Positions 1-12,224 of a stretch of 64,000 bases of DNA are shown here, piece after piece. Below the pieces are notes generated by a model. The model was not told the DNA's origin. It saw only the letters and a program-made list of their open reading frames with translations, and searched no databases. Source of the DNA: Dicyema japonicum. Its lineage: Eukaryota > Animalia > Dicyemida. The stretch is taken from positions 1,322,350-1,386,349 of the forward strand of contig RDEW01000013.1 of assembly GCA_011109175.1 (NCBI GenBank), given 5' to 3'. How positions within the stretch are numbered: position 1 is the first letter of the stretch; each line of letters starts with the position of its first letter. A program made the position numbers and the translations under genes.

Positions 1-190
1 AATTCTAATCGAAAATAACTGAGAGGGTTCTTTTTGTTATTCCGATACAATACCTGTGGAAAACACCTGAACAGGTCGTGCATTTGATCGTCCGTTTTCT
101 TTTGTTCATTATGTTACATTTTTGCAGATCTCATCTTCTTTTTCAGTGCATTTTCTGTCTTCTCTCTTCAGTACTACAACGAGTAGCGGC

Positions 191-513
191 TTTATTTTTT
201 ATTTATTAACCCCGGATACTCCGAGAAAGAAGTTAAAGTAAACAACTAATTAAGTGTATCCAGTTTCCACTTCTACAGAAACAGAGTCCATCCGGAATCA
301 GCATAAAGGGTAAGACGTCCATTAAATTCAGTTGTGGAAACCCCTCCAGTGACGTGGGGAAGAGAAAATGATCATTTTTCATGCCGGCCTGGCACTGGGC
401 GTCACCTAGACAGGTGGATCACATGACGCCACTCTAGTAGGAGAGAGAGGATGAACAGACAAAGCAGAAACTCCAATCAATTAACAACGCAGCACCACAT
501 GACGCCACGCGGC
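191..513 (-). mobile_element. SINE-like family A, copy 1 (~320 bp, LINE-type 3' tail)
   Basis: Alignable with 21777-22110 (+) and 56190-56493 (-). The 5' end is GCCGCGTGGCG(T/C)CATGTGG; the 3' end GGATACACTTAATTAGTTG...GGGGTTAATAAATAAA resembles the 3' end of the LINE at 33178-33790. Confidence 0.8.
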
Positions 514-659
514 TAATTTCAATTCTACTTTCAAGCAATAAAATCAATATATTATATTTTTTAGTTAAAAGTAAATATTTAATTTTTACATATTTTTTGG
601 TTGAGGTGGTGATATGCTTCTATTGTAGGCGTTTGAGAACTCAATAAGAACTAACTAAC

Positions 660-1100
660 CTCAATACTAGAGCGCTTAAAGGTGTGACAGAGAGATCAAC
701 TCTTTTTTGGACATTCAAAAATATGGCGTATCTGTATATTGCCTGCTAGAAATGTAAGTGACCGGCGGATTGTGCGAGAAGGATTAGCTATACATAAGGA
801 TGTTGTCCCCCTTTGTACAGATACTGGAAAGTTAAGACAGGATCTTTGTAATACAAGTTGGATGGAGCCTAATAAAGAGTCAAGGATGCTTGCTTCAATC
901 ATAAATGTCTAAACAATGTGGGTGTTATGAGGAATCATGAAGAGCTTGACAACTTCTACGAGGAATTGGGGAGAACAATGACGGAACTTCGATCTCCCTA
1001 TCGGTTGCTGCGTACTGAATGCCAAGATAAGAGTCCAAAATCGGTCGAAGTGAATGGAATCGGAAACAGTTTGTTCAAAATACAAGAACCGAATGAATTA
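660..1100 (+). mobile_element. Decayed RTE-type LINE AP-endonuclease fragment
   Basis: Translated pieces GLAIHK, ASIINV and EELDNFYEEL parallel GLGFAVH, SIINVYAPT and EELDTFYSTL of the near-intact RTE at 40.3 kb. Confidence 0.5.
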
Positions 1101-1718
1101 AAAATGGCAAAAAAACTTGAAATTTATTTTTCATTTTTGGATGTCGAATATTATCAATCTTAGATTCCCTAAATAATGGAAAATTTGTCTTTAATATTGT
1201 TAGTCGTGTTTTTCGAAGCAGATCCTAAGTTAGTTGCAGTTATTGCAAGAATTGAGGGAGAGAGGCAATCAAAAAAGTGGGGTACCAAGGCGAGGTACTT
1301 ATCATTGTACATATACTGGAAGGTTAACGACAGGATCTATGTAATGCATTTTGACTTATGTGTAAGCAGCTATGCGTTAGAGACGTCTCTATTTATCTTC
1401 CGTCGAATAATTCTCCCAATTTACTTTAGGGATGTGATGGATGGTTTTTTTCAAGAAAAGGATAATATCTTATTGGAATAACGATGAGAACAATCATTAA
1501 ATTGGCTTTGGGAAGAAGATTGAGAGATGAAATATCCAAGGAAAAAAATAAACTAATAAAATGAATCAGAGGATAGAAGGCACTGAGAACAAAAGTCCAG
1601 AACACGGATATACAAAAGATGCATAAATAAGGGGAGAGGGAAACTAGTGAGGATCCAAGTCTATTAGCATGACTAAAATACGATACCTCATCTAACTCCT
1701 AATTTCATGTTATTAATA

Positions 1719-3071
1719 CAGTCTAACCTCCATTTGGAACGCCAAATGTTCCAAAAATAGAGGTTACGCCAAAAATCGTACAAAAATTTATTTATTGAGT
1801 ACATAACTATACTTTGTTGATTATAAACCTTAGAATTTAACGGAAAACTAACAAACTAACAGGCCCAGCATTGTCCAATAGCAGAATAATTTTCCGATTT
1901 TGTGATAAAAAATGTTCATTAATCCTATGAAGCTAACATCAAAACACATCTTTTGTCATCCATGCATTTTTGGATGTTGTTTATTATGGCTTGACGGGAG
2001 GAAATTCTTGAAACACCTTGGATTACGAAACTTTCCAATAATCAATGGGTCTAATTTTTCTCCTGTATGGCTGCAGTAGAACAACACAGTTACTTTTTCT
2101 TTGCTATGCTTGAAACCAAATGATTCTTTATTGTTTTGAATAAAAGATTTTTTTTGGACTAAGTCTAAAACAAAGACACGTTTCGTCGCTATTAAAAATG
2201 TTTTGTTTTTCATATTCCTCAATTTTTTTGCTCCAGATAAAGTTTTAAGTTACAGTTCATGTCTTAATATGAATTTTTCTAACCATCCGTTTGAAGCCTT
2301 AAAATTTTGAAGTAAGATTCTAGATGCGACTTTCAGTCCTAATAAAATGATTTTAAGAATTACAATACAAATAAAATGATCTAAGAATTGTAATACCGAT
2401 TTTTGGATTAAAGGTCAAAAATGGGAGCCTTTTGAGAAGAGCTATTCAGGATTCTCGACCCCGCCGGACTCGTCCTCACCTTTGTCGGTCTGGGATCACT
2501 TAGTTAGATGAGAACTTTTATTTCTTTCTCTTTGACCCAGTGATCCTGGGGGTAATAATAATAATGGGAGCCTTTTGTTTTCTTAGGTGTTGAAATACAT
2601 CCAACACTTTTAAATCCTAAAGTTTATGCTTTTCACTAGTGACTGATTCTGAAGTCTCTGCATTAGTCCATTTTTTTGTGAATGGATCGATGCTTTTCTT
2701 GATTATAGAGATTGTTTTGATACTTGTGTCAAACATTCTCGCGATTTTCGAATTGAATGCTTTTTTTGAAAGAAGTTTAGCAATTTCGACTTTTGTATCG
2801 TAGTTTAAGCCAAAAAGGTGTAGATAACTTTAAGACAAGCAAAAAATGAACAAAAATGTGCATGTGATTTAAAAATTAATTGTAGTAAAATATAGAAACA
2901 ATAAAATTTAATTTCAAATTAAAATAATTATAAGTGTTCCAAAACGAGGTCTTTTTTGTAAGGATTTTATTAATTTTCTAATAAAATTTTCGAATTGTTC
3001 CAAATCCTGAGGATGTACCAAAAACAGAGGTGTTCCACCCTCGAGGTCCGTTCCAAAAAAAGGTTTGTCTG
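1719..3071 (-). mobile_element. Degenerate pogo/Tigger-like DNA transposon
   Basis: Imperfect TIRs CAGTCTAACCTCCATTTGGAACG and CAGACAAACCTTTTTTGGAACG, each flanked by TA. ORF 1956-2222 has the DDE_1-type motif SKEKVTVLFYC..GEKLDPLIIGKFRNPRCFK. Confidence 0.75.
2435..2562 (+). mobile_element. 128-bp 5'-truncated LINE 3' end inserted in the pogo element
   Basis: 15-bp TSD AATGGGAGCCTTTTG at 2420-2434 and 2563-2577, with a (TAA)n tail. Nearly identical to the reverse complement of ~62085-62215. Confidence 0.85.
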
Positions 3072-3309
3072 TACCAGTTTTAACGTTTCTGTTCACTATA
3101 CCCATTTATTTAATCCGTCCATTGGTGGATTTATAGATTTTTTACTTTTTATTTTAGAATGAACCTAAAGCAGGCATTTTAAAGGTGGAAAGGGTAATTA
3201 ATTTTCATGTTTTATCGATGCTTTTATTTTCATGTAAAGCTGTTGGTATGATAGTACATGCAAATTCGAGTTAATAATTTTATCGGTCAAAAAGATTTTT
3301 TTAGAAACC

Positions 3310-6230
3310 AATTTATTATTAAAAAACATAAAGGCAAAACATTAGTAACTGCCGCACTCATTGCGTGGATGTTCCTTCTCAGAATTGCGAGCGAAATTCG
3401 CTCGAACAGCCAGCGGCATTCGCGGAGATCTCCAGTGCACGAGGTGATCGGGTTTTAGAGATGTCCGAAAAACTCGAGTGTAGAAGAGGAGTAGGATCCG
3501 GATATCTTCATAGCAAGGAGAACATTTTTGACATTATCGGGAAGATCGACGTTTTTTACGAGTTTGGCCTTCTCCGCTTTGACGGCTGCAGAGCAGGCCC
3601 TTGAAGCGCACTCGTAAAGATTGTTCAAGGCGAACGTGTCTGTATGTCAGTACATGTCATGTCACGTCCCAACCAAGTGGTTTCCCAGCCTCAAAGGGAA
3701 ATATGGTCATCCCGTCCGGTTGTTTCCCGTCACTTCTGCATAACCCGACCGGTTCAAGAATGGCAGAGTATCCAGCAGCATCCATAGCCCGCTTTACAAT
3801 CTCATTCAGAGCCTTGTGCCTTGGAGATCTGCCAGCGCTCCTCTTGCAGGCAAGAGGGTGCAGGCCATAGCAGTCTATCAGGATGCCACATCGGCACGGG
3901 TGAGGTACACATACTTTCAGTCTCAGCCGCAAAGAGATACCACTTCTAACGCATTCATTATTCAGAAAAGTGCCCAGAGCTCCCTTTGGGTGGAGTTTAG
4001 CCAAGCTCCACTCTCAGGGGAAACCCCCAAAAGCAAACAAGCGCGTCGGTGCTGATTGGCCGATTCCAGTAGGAGTCCAAATGATTTCCAGCACAATAAA
4101 TTGTACAGGTTTCGCTGGCAGTCTTGTGAAGGAGGCAGGGGGAGGTTGGTGGCATTCCAGGCTTCTCGTGCGTGGATTATGTCTTGGTCAATTAAGAATT
4201 CGGGTAGGGAGTGTAGAATCCTCCTGACCAAAGGTACGCAGGCCGTGAGTAAAGTACGACGGATTCCAAGACCCCCAAATCTAACTGGGAGTGTAGCTTG
4301 CTTCCATGTAGCATCGTCGAATTTGACATTAAATATATGCTCCGTCGAGCTGAGGAAAGACAAATCAAAATGCTCAAGCTGTTCCAGTTGAGAATAGTAC
4401 AGGGCTGTCCTGAGTAAATAGGAGATTCTCTGAATGTTAAGACTTACATGAGGATTAATGCTGAGTGTGAGTCAGGTAGCTGTACTCTGTTTAGCAATTC
4501 GCATAGGAGTTGTTTTTTGTCAAGGAAGACATGCTTCATGCATTCCTAGTGATCGGGGTCCGAGAAAAATCAATTCGTTTTCAGGGGTCGAAATCCCACC
4601 AGGAAACAAGGAGTAAAATTTTGGAACAATTGAAGAGAAGTCGTCGTCAGCAAGGCCACAGTTTGTTATTTCACATTTCGTCGTATTAAACTCAAGACTC
4701 ACCTCGGACAACGCAGGGATAAGTATTTCTAACTCCTGGAAGACCGTTTTCGGGAGACAGCGTCATCGAGATACCATATGTTGTGTGGGCATCGAGAGAG
4801 CTTCGTAATCCTCTTAATTCCAAAGGAAAACACCAGTGATCCGAGGGGGACGATGGAACCATGAACCCCCATGCAATAGTGATGTAGGCTTTCCGTATGA
4901 AAAATTGACAAGTTCAAATATATATGGACATCTTTCATTGCAGGTTTCCAATATGCAGTCTCTTCTTAAACTGTTAAAAGCGTTCTTGATGTCCAGCTTT
5001 ACCATAATGTGCCTTTTAAAGTCTTGACTGCTGCGGTTCCTGAATGTCCTGACGGAGTGAACGGCTGCCTCACATCCAAGACGAATTCCTACTCCAACTT
5101 GGCTGAGAAGTAAGGACTTTGACAAGATTGACGTAGAAAATCTGGAAGCAATCTTGGCTGCTAGTCTTCTGAAGGTGAATCCGACCGCGATTGGGCGGAT
5201 ACCATCTCCCTTCTTGTCGACTGCAATCAGACTAGCCGAAAACAAGATATGTCGTATCAGGCAAATGTCCAGATAATATCCTGTTCATAAGAGAAGTGAT
5301 TGAGGAGAGACGACATGCTTGGTCTCCAATAGTCGGTGAAATAAGGTCTTTAAGATGGCAGGGCCTTAAGCCATCGAGACCTCCACTGCTGCTTGGTGCA
5401 AAGTTCCATAATGTCGTGATGATATCCTCAGGCGACGTGGACAAAGGGGTCACTTTTGATTGGGGTGAACAGTGGCGTAGGTCATTCGGAGAGAATGGAT
5501 GTTTCTCCAATAAAATCTTGTAAGTATTAGCGGTTGGTTTGCGTGGTCGCCTGAGAGTGAGAGGGCCTTTAATGCGGATCGAGTTCCTCCTTCATGCAAC
5601 TTCGATCGTACAGTCCTTCTTAGGCGAAAAATCTCCGTTTCCCGAGTTGAATACCGAGTCTCAGTTGAACGGATGCAAAAGGACGGGAGGTCCGTAAAGT
5701 GAGTTACATCCATAAATGCGCAGATGTTGTTCTTCATTTCAATCGAGAGACTCTTTCCCATTGCGATCTCGGGGGGAGCCAAGTGCGAAAGGAGCAAAAT
5801 TAAACAACGTATCCATTTGTTTATAGAGTCGAAGTGGAGAGCATCGTCGATTGCTTTGGTTAAGGCTTCAAGCTAGGGGGCGTCCTTCTTTTGTGATCTT
5901 CACCGGGATACTCCTCGATGAACGGCGTTCATTGATAAGTTTGAGTAGCGAATCTGGATCCAATTGGGAAAGGTCTTCTCCGGAGGTGTATGAACTCGCG
6001 TGACCATCCAATTCCAAGGCACGAGCGGCAGTGCCATATCCCAAGGGCGCGGATGGAGACCTGAGAGAGCTTCAAACATCCGAGGTGAAAGAAGCGTCCA
6101 CAGGCAAAACAAGAAATTCAGATTTTCTCAAATTGCTCATGTGCAGGCAAAGCAAAAAGCAACTACAATCTTTGGCATAGGTTTATCAAACACATTCGAC
6201 ACAGTAGTCGAGGTCTACTACTGAATTTGG
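3310..6230 (-). mobile_element. CRE-clade (RLE) non-LTR retrotransposon, near full length, frameshifted, with N-terminal PHD finger
   Basis: RT motifs GDGIRPIAVG, VKLDIKNAFNSLRRD and WYLDD; CCHC zinc knuckle CRCG...HPLAC; RLE DGKQPDGMT...WDVT. The N-terminus reads CFAC...CFACGRFFHLGC...WHCRSC. Confidence 0.85.
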
Positions 6231-6399
6231 TGGAATTCTGATAAGAGTTCTTTTAACAACAAAATAAGCTAAAAATTCGATTTGGCAAAACTATATTAAG
6301 AAAATTCGAATATAATGTGGATATTTCTTAAATGGATTCACTGTCTCCTTTGTTGTTTGTCATTTTTGGAGACGCCAACACGTGACCTTAAAATTTTAT

Positions 6400-7130
6400 A
6401 AAGGTGACATGAAGAATCAATTTATGCCGACAATGTCGACTTCATATCAAGGGATAGATCAGCTCTTCATTGCCTATTGGAAGTTGCTCCTAATAAACTA
6501 AGAAATGGTACCTAACCACGGAAGTAGTGGTTATTAGTAAACGCAACTAGTGGATATCAAAAGGATTATAAAAATTTGAGGTTCAATGCTGAGAGTTGTG
6601 AGGCTCCACACCCGTCTGCATGTTATGGGGATTCTGGCGTCCTCGTCTAAGCATGTTATTTTATTTGGAAGCCCAAGCTTCAGTATGACTGTCTGACATA
6701 TGAATAGGGGGTCGATTTGAACATTGCTGACCACGTGCTGATGGTTAATGATGAATTTGAACAACTATTTTTGGATGGGGAGACGTTTAGGCACTTTTTG
6801 AAGATCTGGACGACGTCGTGGCTAACCTGTTGATCCGGGGGAGTTCTTATATCGTTTATATAAACAGTAATGGGGTCACAAAGATGCAGAGGAATATCTT
6901 GGCTCTTCAGCAGCTGTTTTATAGTGCACTCAGATTACACTCTGAGTAACTGGGGAGATCCAAGAAGTACTTTCGATGCTTCTGATGAAAGAATCGGTTG
7001 GCTGTGGAGCTTATTATAGGACGTAGTGTCCTCTGTGATGGAAAGTGGGGGACTTTTCCCGTACTTTTTGTATAAAGATATGCAGGACTTGATAGAAGGT
7101 CAGATTTGAGTGAATTGGACACTAAAGAAG
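6400..7130 (-). mobile_element. Penelope-like RT remnant
   Basis: PAYLY...KVPH...LRPIISS (ORF 6919-7122) followed by VSHDVVQIF resemble Penelope RT motifs. Heavily decayed. Confidence 0.5.
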
Positions 7131-7499
7131 GAATTTCATAAAAAATTGAAAAACATGTAAACTGCTTAATCTATATTATATTTGGGGTACATAGTTATAT
7201 ATTTAAAGTCAGTGCTGCACGGGTTAGGTGGTAATTCTCATCATCTTAAAGTCTTGGGTTTGAATTCGAACTATTAGGTCCTCCACTTGATTTCTGTATT
7301 TAGGATTTAAACGAATATGTCTTTCTTGTATGCCCAGAATTCCCAAATCACTTATACTCAAGCAAAAGCTAAGTTGAATTTCTTTTTTCTGTATTATTTG
7401 ATATTAATTTTAAAAAGAAAATAATTAAGTATTTTAGTTAAGAGGCAGAATAGCGGGGGCGTTCGTCTGATACCATTTCTCGTTTAATTTACCACTCAG

Positions 7500-8340
7500 C
7501 TATGACTTTTGTGAATTCACTTCTTAGCTAACTTTATAAAGTTTTTTGGTTAACCATCCGTCATTGAGAGTAAACAGCATAATCAGGCGACTTTTGGATT
7601 GTTTCAAGTGCGATCGCTTAAACTTATCCTTGCCAAGGAATTGGATTAGGGAGAGGATATTCTTAACAAACCTACTTTATTTTGTGTTGTAAAATGATAT
7701 GCCAAGGGGGTTTGCATCCTCTTCACAAACCCGAAGGAATCCGGATCCGCGATTACTAATCGTTTTTTCCGTTAGTAGGGGTTTTTCCGATTATTGATCC
7801 AATATGAGAGCCCATAATAGATGAGTCTGTGAAGCGTAGTCTCTGATAACGGGAATCTCCACGCAACTGAGGAATACTCCTCATCCGGTAGTTTGCCGGT
7901 ATAGTGTTCCAGCACAAGCAATCAAACTGGACCGTAATTGAACTGAACTGCAACTCCACCAGTTGATTGGTTGCTGTAACCAAATCTTCCTCGATAGTGT
8001 GCACCCCATACTTATACTACATCAACATACTCTCCAACGTCCTTTTGAGGACAACGGATTGGATGTATGCTCGGGTTGGCGCATCGGTTGCGATAGTTCA
8101 TAAGTACCTTAGATACGACCCCGTCCAAGTTAGAACATAGGTATGACTTTGACTGGAGCACCATAAAGTAGATTTAGCTCTCCAGCCAATAAATCTAACT
8201 TTAGCAACTTTTCTACTTCAGTGTGCTTCAATAATCCTTGAGACGTAATTCTAATTTCAAAAATAATTCTGACTTTATCGTGACAAAATATCAGGTTTAT
8301 TGAAACTGAATGAGTATTTGTCTTTATAAACGTGTCCACC
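7500..8340 (-). mobile_element. Decayed LINE C-terminal/RNase H-like remnant
   Basis: FTDSS..GSHIG resembles the RNase H first motif. Otherwise fragmentary. Confidence 0.35.
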
Positions 8341-8379
8341 TTTTTTTAACTTAACAACTTTATTAGTAAGGAAATTTAA

Positions 8380-10800
8380 AGAAGGAGTTATTTGGCCTCA
8401 TGCCGCAAGTCCTGCAAACGCTTGGACTCTTCTCTGAAATCTTAGACCCCTCTTATCGTTTATTCTGTGCTACGAGTCAATGATGGCATCTTTTTTTAGG
8501 TAGTTTTTCATTTTTTCTGCTGCATCTCTTATCGATATTACTAGTATATTTTCATCTTCATCTAGCTTTTGTCGAGCCATTTGTGTAGGGCAATCTTGAT
8601 CCCTGGTCTCCTCGATTTTTCAAGAAGCAAGATAAAACGCTCTTTGTATGCAGTGTAATACTATCCTTCCAGTCCATAAAGGAGTGATGGAATGATCGTA
8701 CGTGAAAAAATAAATAAAAACATATCCGTTTCGAGTTTCAATTTCCTCATACACAATATCGCATGGTGGGCTTTCTTCCTTTTGAGTTTAAAATCGCACA
8801 ATGTGCTCCCAGATTTCTCAAAAGCTGTTCCGAGATACTTCAGGGAGCTCACAATGTTGATTCCGCATACGGAGTCTTTCTGATTTCCTTTACCATTCCG
8901 ACAAAAGAACATCATTGCACTCGATTTTTCTTCTGACAGTTTTAATTCATGAAGACAGCACCAGTCTTTTATCTCTTCCGTGTACACATTGATTCTCCTC
9001 TCTAAGATCATGCTCGATCTCAACACATCAGACAGTAGCACGTCGTAGGCGTATATCAGAGATCTCGTACTTGGTGTAGACGGAGACGGGAAACCGGCCA
9101 TTAGAACATTAAACAATAGAGGGCTCAAAATTGATCCCTGTGGGACCCCTCTCTTCAATAATATTATATTTGAAAAATAGCGTCCGCATCTAACATAGGA
9201 TTTTCTTCCTTCTAGGTACACTTTCACCCAATTTATTAGTTCCTTTGGGCTTCCCGTCCGAGATAATGGCTCTGTGGTTTAATGCTTTTGATATGTCGAG
9301 ACATATCACATTCAGGAGACATTTGGATTCTCTGACTTTGCATAATTCGGAGTTGAGATGAAATAAGCAATCACCGCATGACGTCCTGAGCGAAAACCAA
9401 ATTGATCATTTCTGAAGTATTCTTCTTTTTCCAGCTGATTTATAAGCCTCCAATTTTTCCATAATTTTTGAAAATTTCTGGGCCTTCTTTAAAAATCCTA
9501 GCTTTGATGAAATCACTGTCCGGATCTTTATTCTTGACATCTCTTATTGCTATCTTCAGCTCTTCTAGAGAGATCTCTATAAATGCTGTTTTATCTGACA
9601 ATGGTTCGTAACAAGTTTTCTCCCTGATGAATCATCGTCCACATAAAATATCTTTTTAAGTTGTGTCTCAAAAATAGAGGTATTTCTCTTTTCAGCATAG
9701 TAGGTGCCATCCGGTTTCTTGAGCATAATCTTGTTGCGATTGACTCTGGGTTCCTCACTCTTCGGTATACCTTCTAGAAAGAGGGATTGTGTTTCCTTAG
9801 CTGAGAGTTACACTTATTCTCATTCCAACTTTTGAATTGTTCCGACAACTGCTTTTGTAGTTCGTCGATTTTGTGAGACAAGGCTAAGCGGTCGTGTGGG
9901 TCTACACATCTCCTCAGTTTAGTCATTAGATTATTTCTTTTCAACACAATCTTCTTGATGTGCCATGAAATAGGGACAACATTATCGTTTCCTAAGTATA
10001 TTTTTCTAGCAAAGTTATCCAGATGGTATAATATCAGATACGTTACTCGTTTACTTGTTTTATCAATTTCCAAACAAGACTTGGGTTCGGTATGCCCTAA
10101 CATCAATTCCTTAGCAATGAACATCCTATAGTGATTCCAGTTTAGATTCTTGGTATCTTAACCGACAAAGATTCTAGGCTCATTAATAATTTTCATATCC
10201 ACGGATATTAGCAATGGAATGTGGTCACTCCATATATCCGGAAGAGTAATTGGTATGTCGGCGTATTCTGAAATAGCAGGGAAATCAAGAAGACACCAAG
10301 CTTGTCACTCTCGTAGGGAGGGATATGGTTATCCTCTTTCGATGTAAGGACTTTTACTCCTAGACCTTTAAATAGAAGCTTGCCATCCCTGTTACTCTTC
10401 TTGCAGACTAAAGATGTGCTCTTGGAGTTGAGATCACCTCCCAGTATGATCACCGAGTTTTCACTGAAAAACTGGGAGATATCTCCGGTACCGTCAAGGA
10501 TTTGAAATACATACCTCCAATTGCGAGCCAACCGTCGACACAACGAACCTCAATGGCGACAAACTCAAAAAATTGATGAAACAATTCTCGGATTCCTTGT
10601 CTTTAGATAACACCTACAAAAAATTGATGTTCCAGTCCCTGGTATAGCCCCTTCTTTCCAGTATAAAGACATCGATTTGAAACCCGGGAGTACTGTATTC
10701 TCATTTGACTTCATCTTCGCTTCGTTGACAATTATTATATCAGCTTCTTCGGCATTCGCCAGTGAAGCTAGCTCGTGATGCCTCCTCAGAGATTTCCACT
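8380..10800 (-). mobile_element. Degenerate APE-RT LINE (Jockey/CR1/I group)
   Basis: APE motif ILGGDLNSKS (10208-10543). RT motifs GVPQGSILSPLLFNVLM, YAYDVLL and LKYLG (8661-9227). Confidence 0.8.
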
Positions 10801-10940
10801 CTTAGAGTATTGACTAACAAATTTATATAATGCTTCTTCAGTCTCATTGACTTTTGAAGTCATAACAAATAACTTTATTTTTATTAAAATAATTAAATTA
10901 AATTAAAAATACAAAAAAAATAATTTAATAGTAAATAAAT

Positions 10941-10975
10941 CATCTAGATTTTTCTAGTCATTTCCAGAATATTAT
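10941..10975 (+). promoter_or_regulatory. Heat-shock-element-like array upstream of DnaJ
   Basis: Seven alternating nTTCn/nGAAn-like pentamers, cATCt aGATt tTTCt aGTCa tTTCc aGAAt aTTAt, lie 50-80 nt upstream of the ATG. Only three are perfect. Confidence 0.5.
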
Positions 10976-11022
10976 TTATTTAAATATTTCTGTAGCGTAA
11001 CTTTAGTGATAAACAAACAATA

Positions 11023-11982
11023 ATGGGTCAGGATTATTACTCTCTCCTTGGAGTTTCTAAAGATGTTACGGATGAAGATCTCAAGAAAGCCTACAGGAAA
11101 ATGGCTCTGAAGTATCATCCCGACAAAAACAAATCCCATGGTGCTGAGGAAAAGTTCAAAAAGATCGGTGAGGCTTACAGTGTCTTATCAGACAAGAATA
11201 AACGTTCCATTTACGACCAATTTGGAGAAGAGGGCTTAAAAGGAGGTTTGGGATCTGCAGGAAATGGAGGATTTTCTTATTCTTTTTCTTCCGGTGATGC
11301 TTTCAACATGTTCAACCAATTCTTTGGTTCTTCTGACCCTTTCTCGATGTTTTCCGACCAAGGAGGATTTGGCCAATCCTTCTTCGCTAATAACGGATAT
11401 TCTCGTCCCTCAGTCATGAAGAAAAGAGACCCCGATATATGTAAGGAGCTGTTTGTCTCCCTGGAAGAGATCAAGACGGGAGTTACAAAGAAAATGAACG
11501 TGAAACGGAAATGCCACAGAAATGGGGTTATTCGGACTCAAGATAAGGTCATCACCATTGACGTGAAGCCTGGTTGGAAGGCGGGGACTAAAATAACCTT
11601 TGAAGGAGAGGGGGATGACATCAATCCAAACGTACTCCCAGCTAACATTGTCTTTGAAATCCGTGATAAACCTCATCCCGTGTTTGAGAGAGATGGGGAG
11701 AACATAATCTACACTGCAAGAATATCTGCTTTTCATTCACTTTTGGCACTTCCTGTTTCAGTCCCTTTGTTGGGAGGAGGAAAGAGGAATCTTAACCTGA
11801 GTGGTCCTGTTGGCCACGGGTCGGAATATACGATTTCTAATGAGGGATTGCCTGTCTCAAAGCGACCTAATGTTTTTGGCTGTCTAAAAGTGAGATTTGT
11901 TGTTGTCTTCCCGTCTTCAATATCCCCAGATCTGCGAAGAGCTATTGAAGCTGAGAAGAATATAAGGGGAGATATTATTTAA
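11023..11982 (+). CDS. DnaJ/Hsp40 class B (DNAJB1/4/5-like), intronless, 319 aa
   Basis: J domain with HPDKN, G/F-rich linker and C-terminal domain ([23 protein letters not shown]). No zinc-finger repeats. Confidence 0.95.
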   Translation: MGQDYYSLLGVSKDVTDEDLKKAYRKMALKYHPDKNKSHGAEEKFKKIGEAYSVLSDKNKRSIYDQFGEEGLKGGLGSAGNGGFSYSFSSGDAFNMFNQFFGSSDPFSMFSDQGGFGQSFFANNGYSRPSVMKKRDPDICKELFVSLEEIKTGVTKKMNVKRKCHRNGVIRTQDKVITIDVKPGWKAGTKITFEGEGDDINPNVLPANIVFEIRDKPHPVFERDGENIIYTARISAFHSLLALPVSVPLLGGGKRNLNLSGPVGHGSEYTISNEGLPVSKRPNVFGCLKVRFVVVFPSSISPDLRRAIEAEKNIRGDII

Positions 11983-12224
11983 TGTTTTATTGCCACTTTG
12001 CTTTATATTTTTTGTAATGTGATGTATAATAGTATTCTGAGTGTTTGTGACATTTATTATTATCCACGTGGAACTGCCACTTAGAAAATGACGGTCTACA
12101 GAAACCGCTTGTGTACGAGTTTGTAAGGCTGGAATAACTTAACTGACTTACGTAGATATTATGACAGCGTCATGCTATTTATGTTGCTTTGTTCTCAACC
12201 CTTGACCGACTTTTTAACTTTTGT

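Noticed and set aside
3258-4391. Plus-strand ORFs 3258-4391 and 12221-13225
   Set aside because: These are antisense shadows of the GC-richer CRE coding sequence.
7205-7300. tRNA-like/B-box-like sequence (also ~15540-15580)
   Set aside because: No cloverleaf can be formed; at most old SINE heads.
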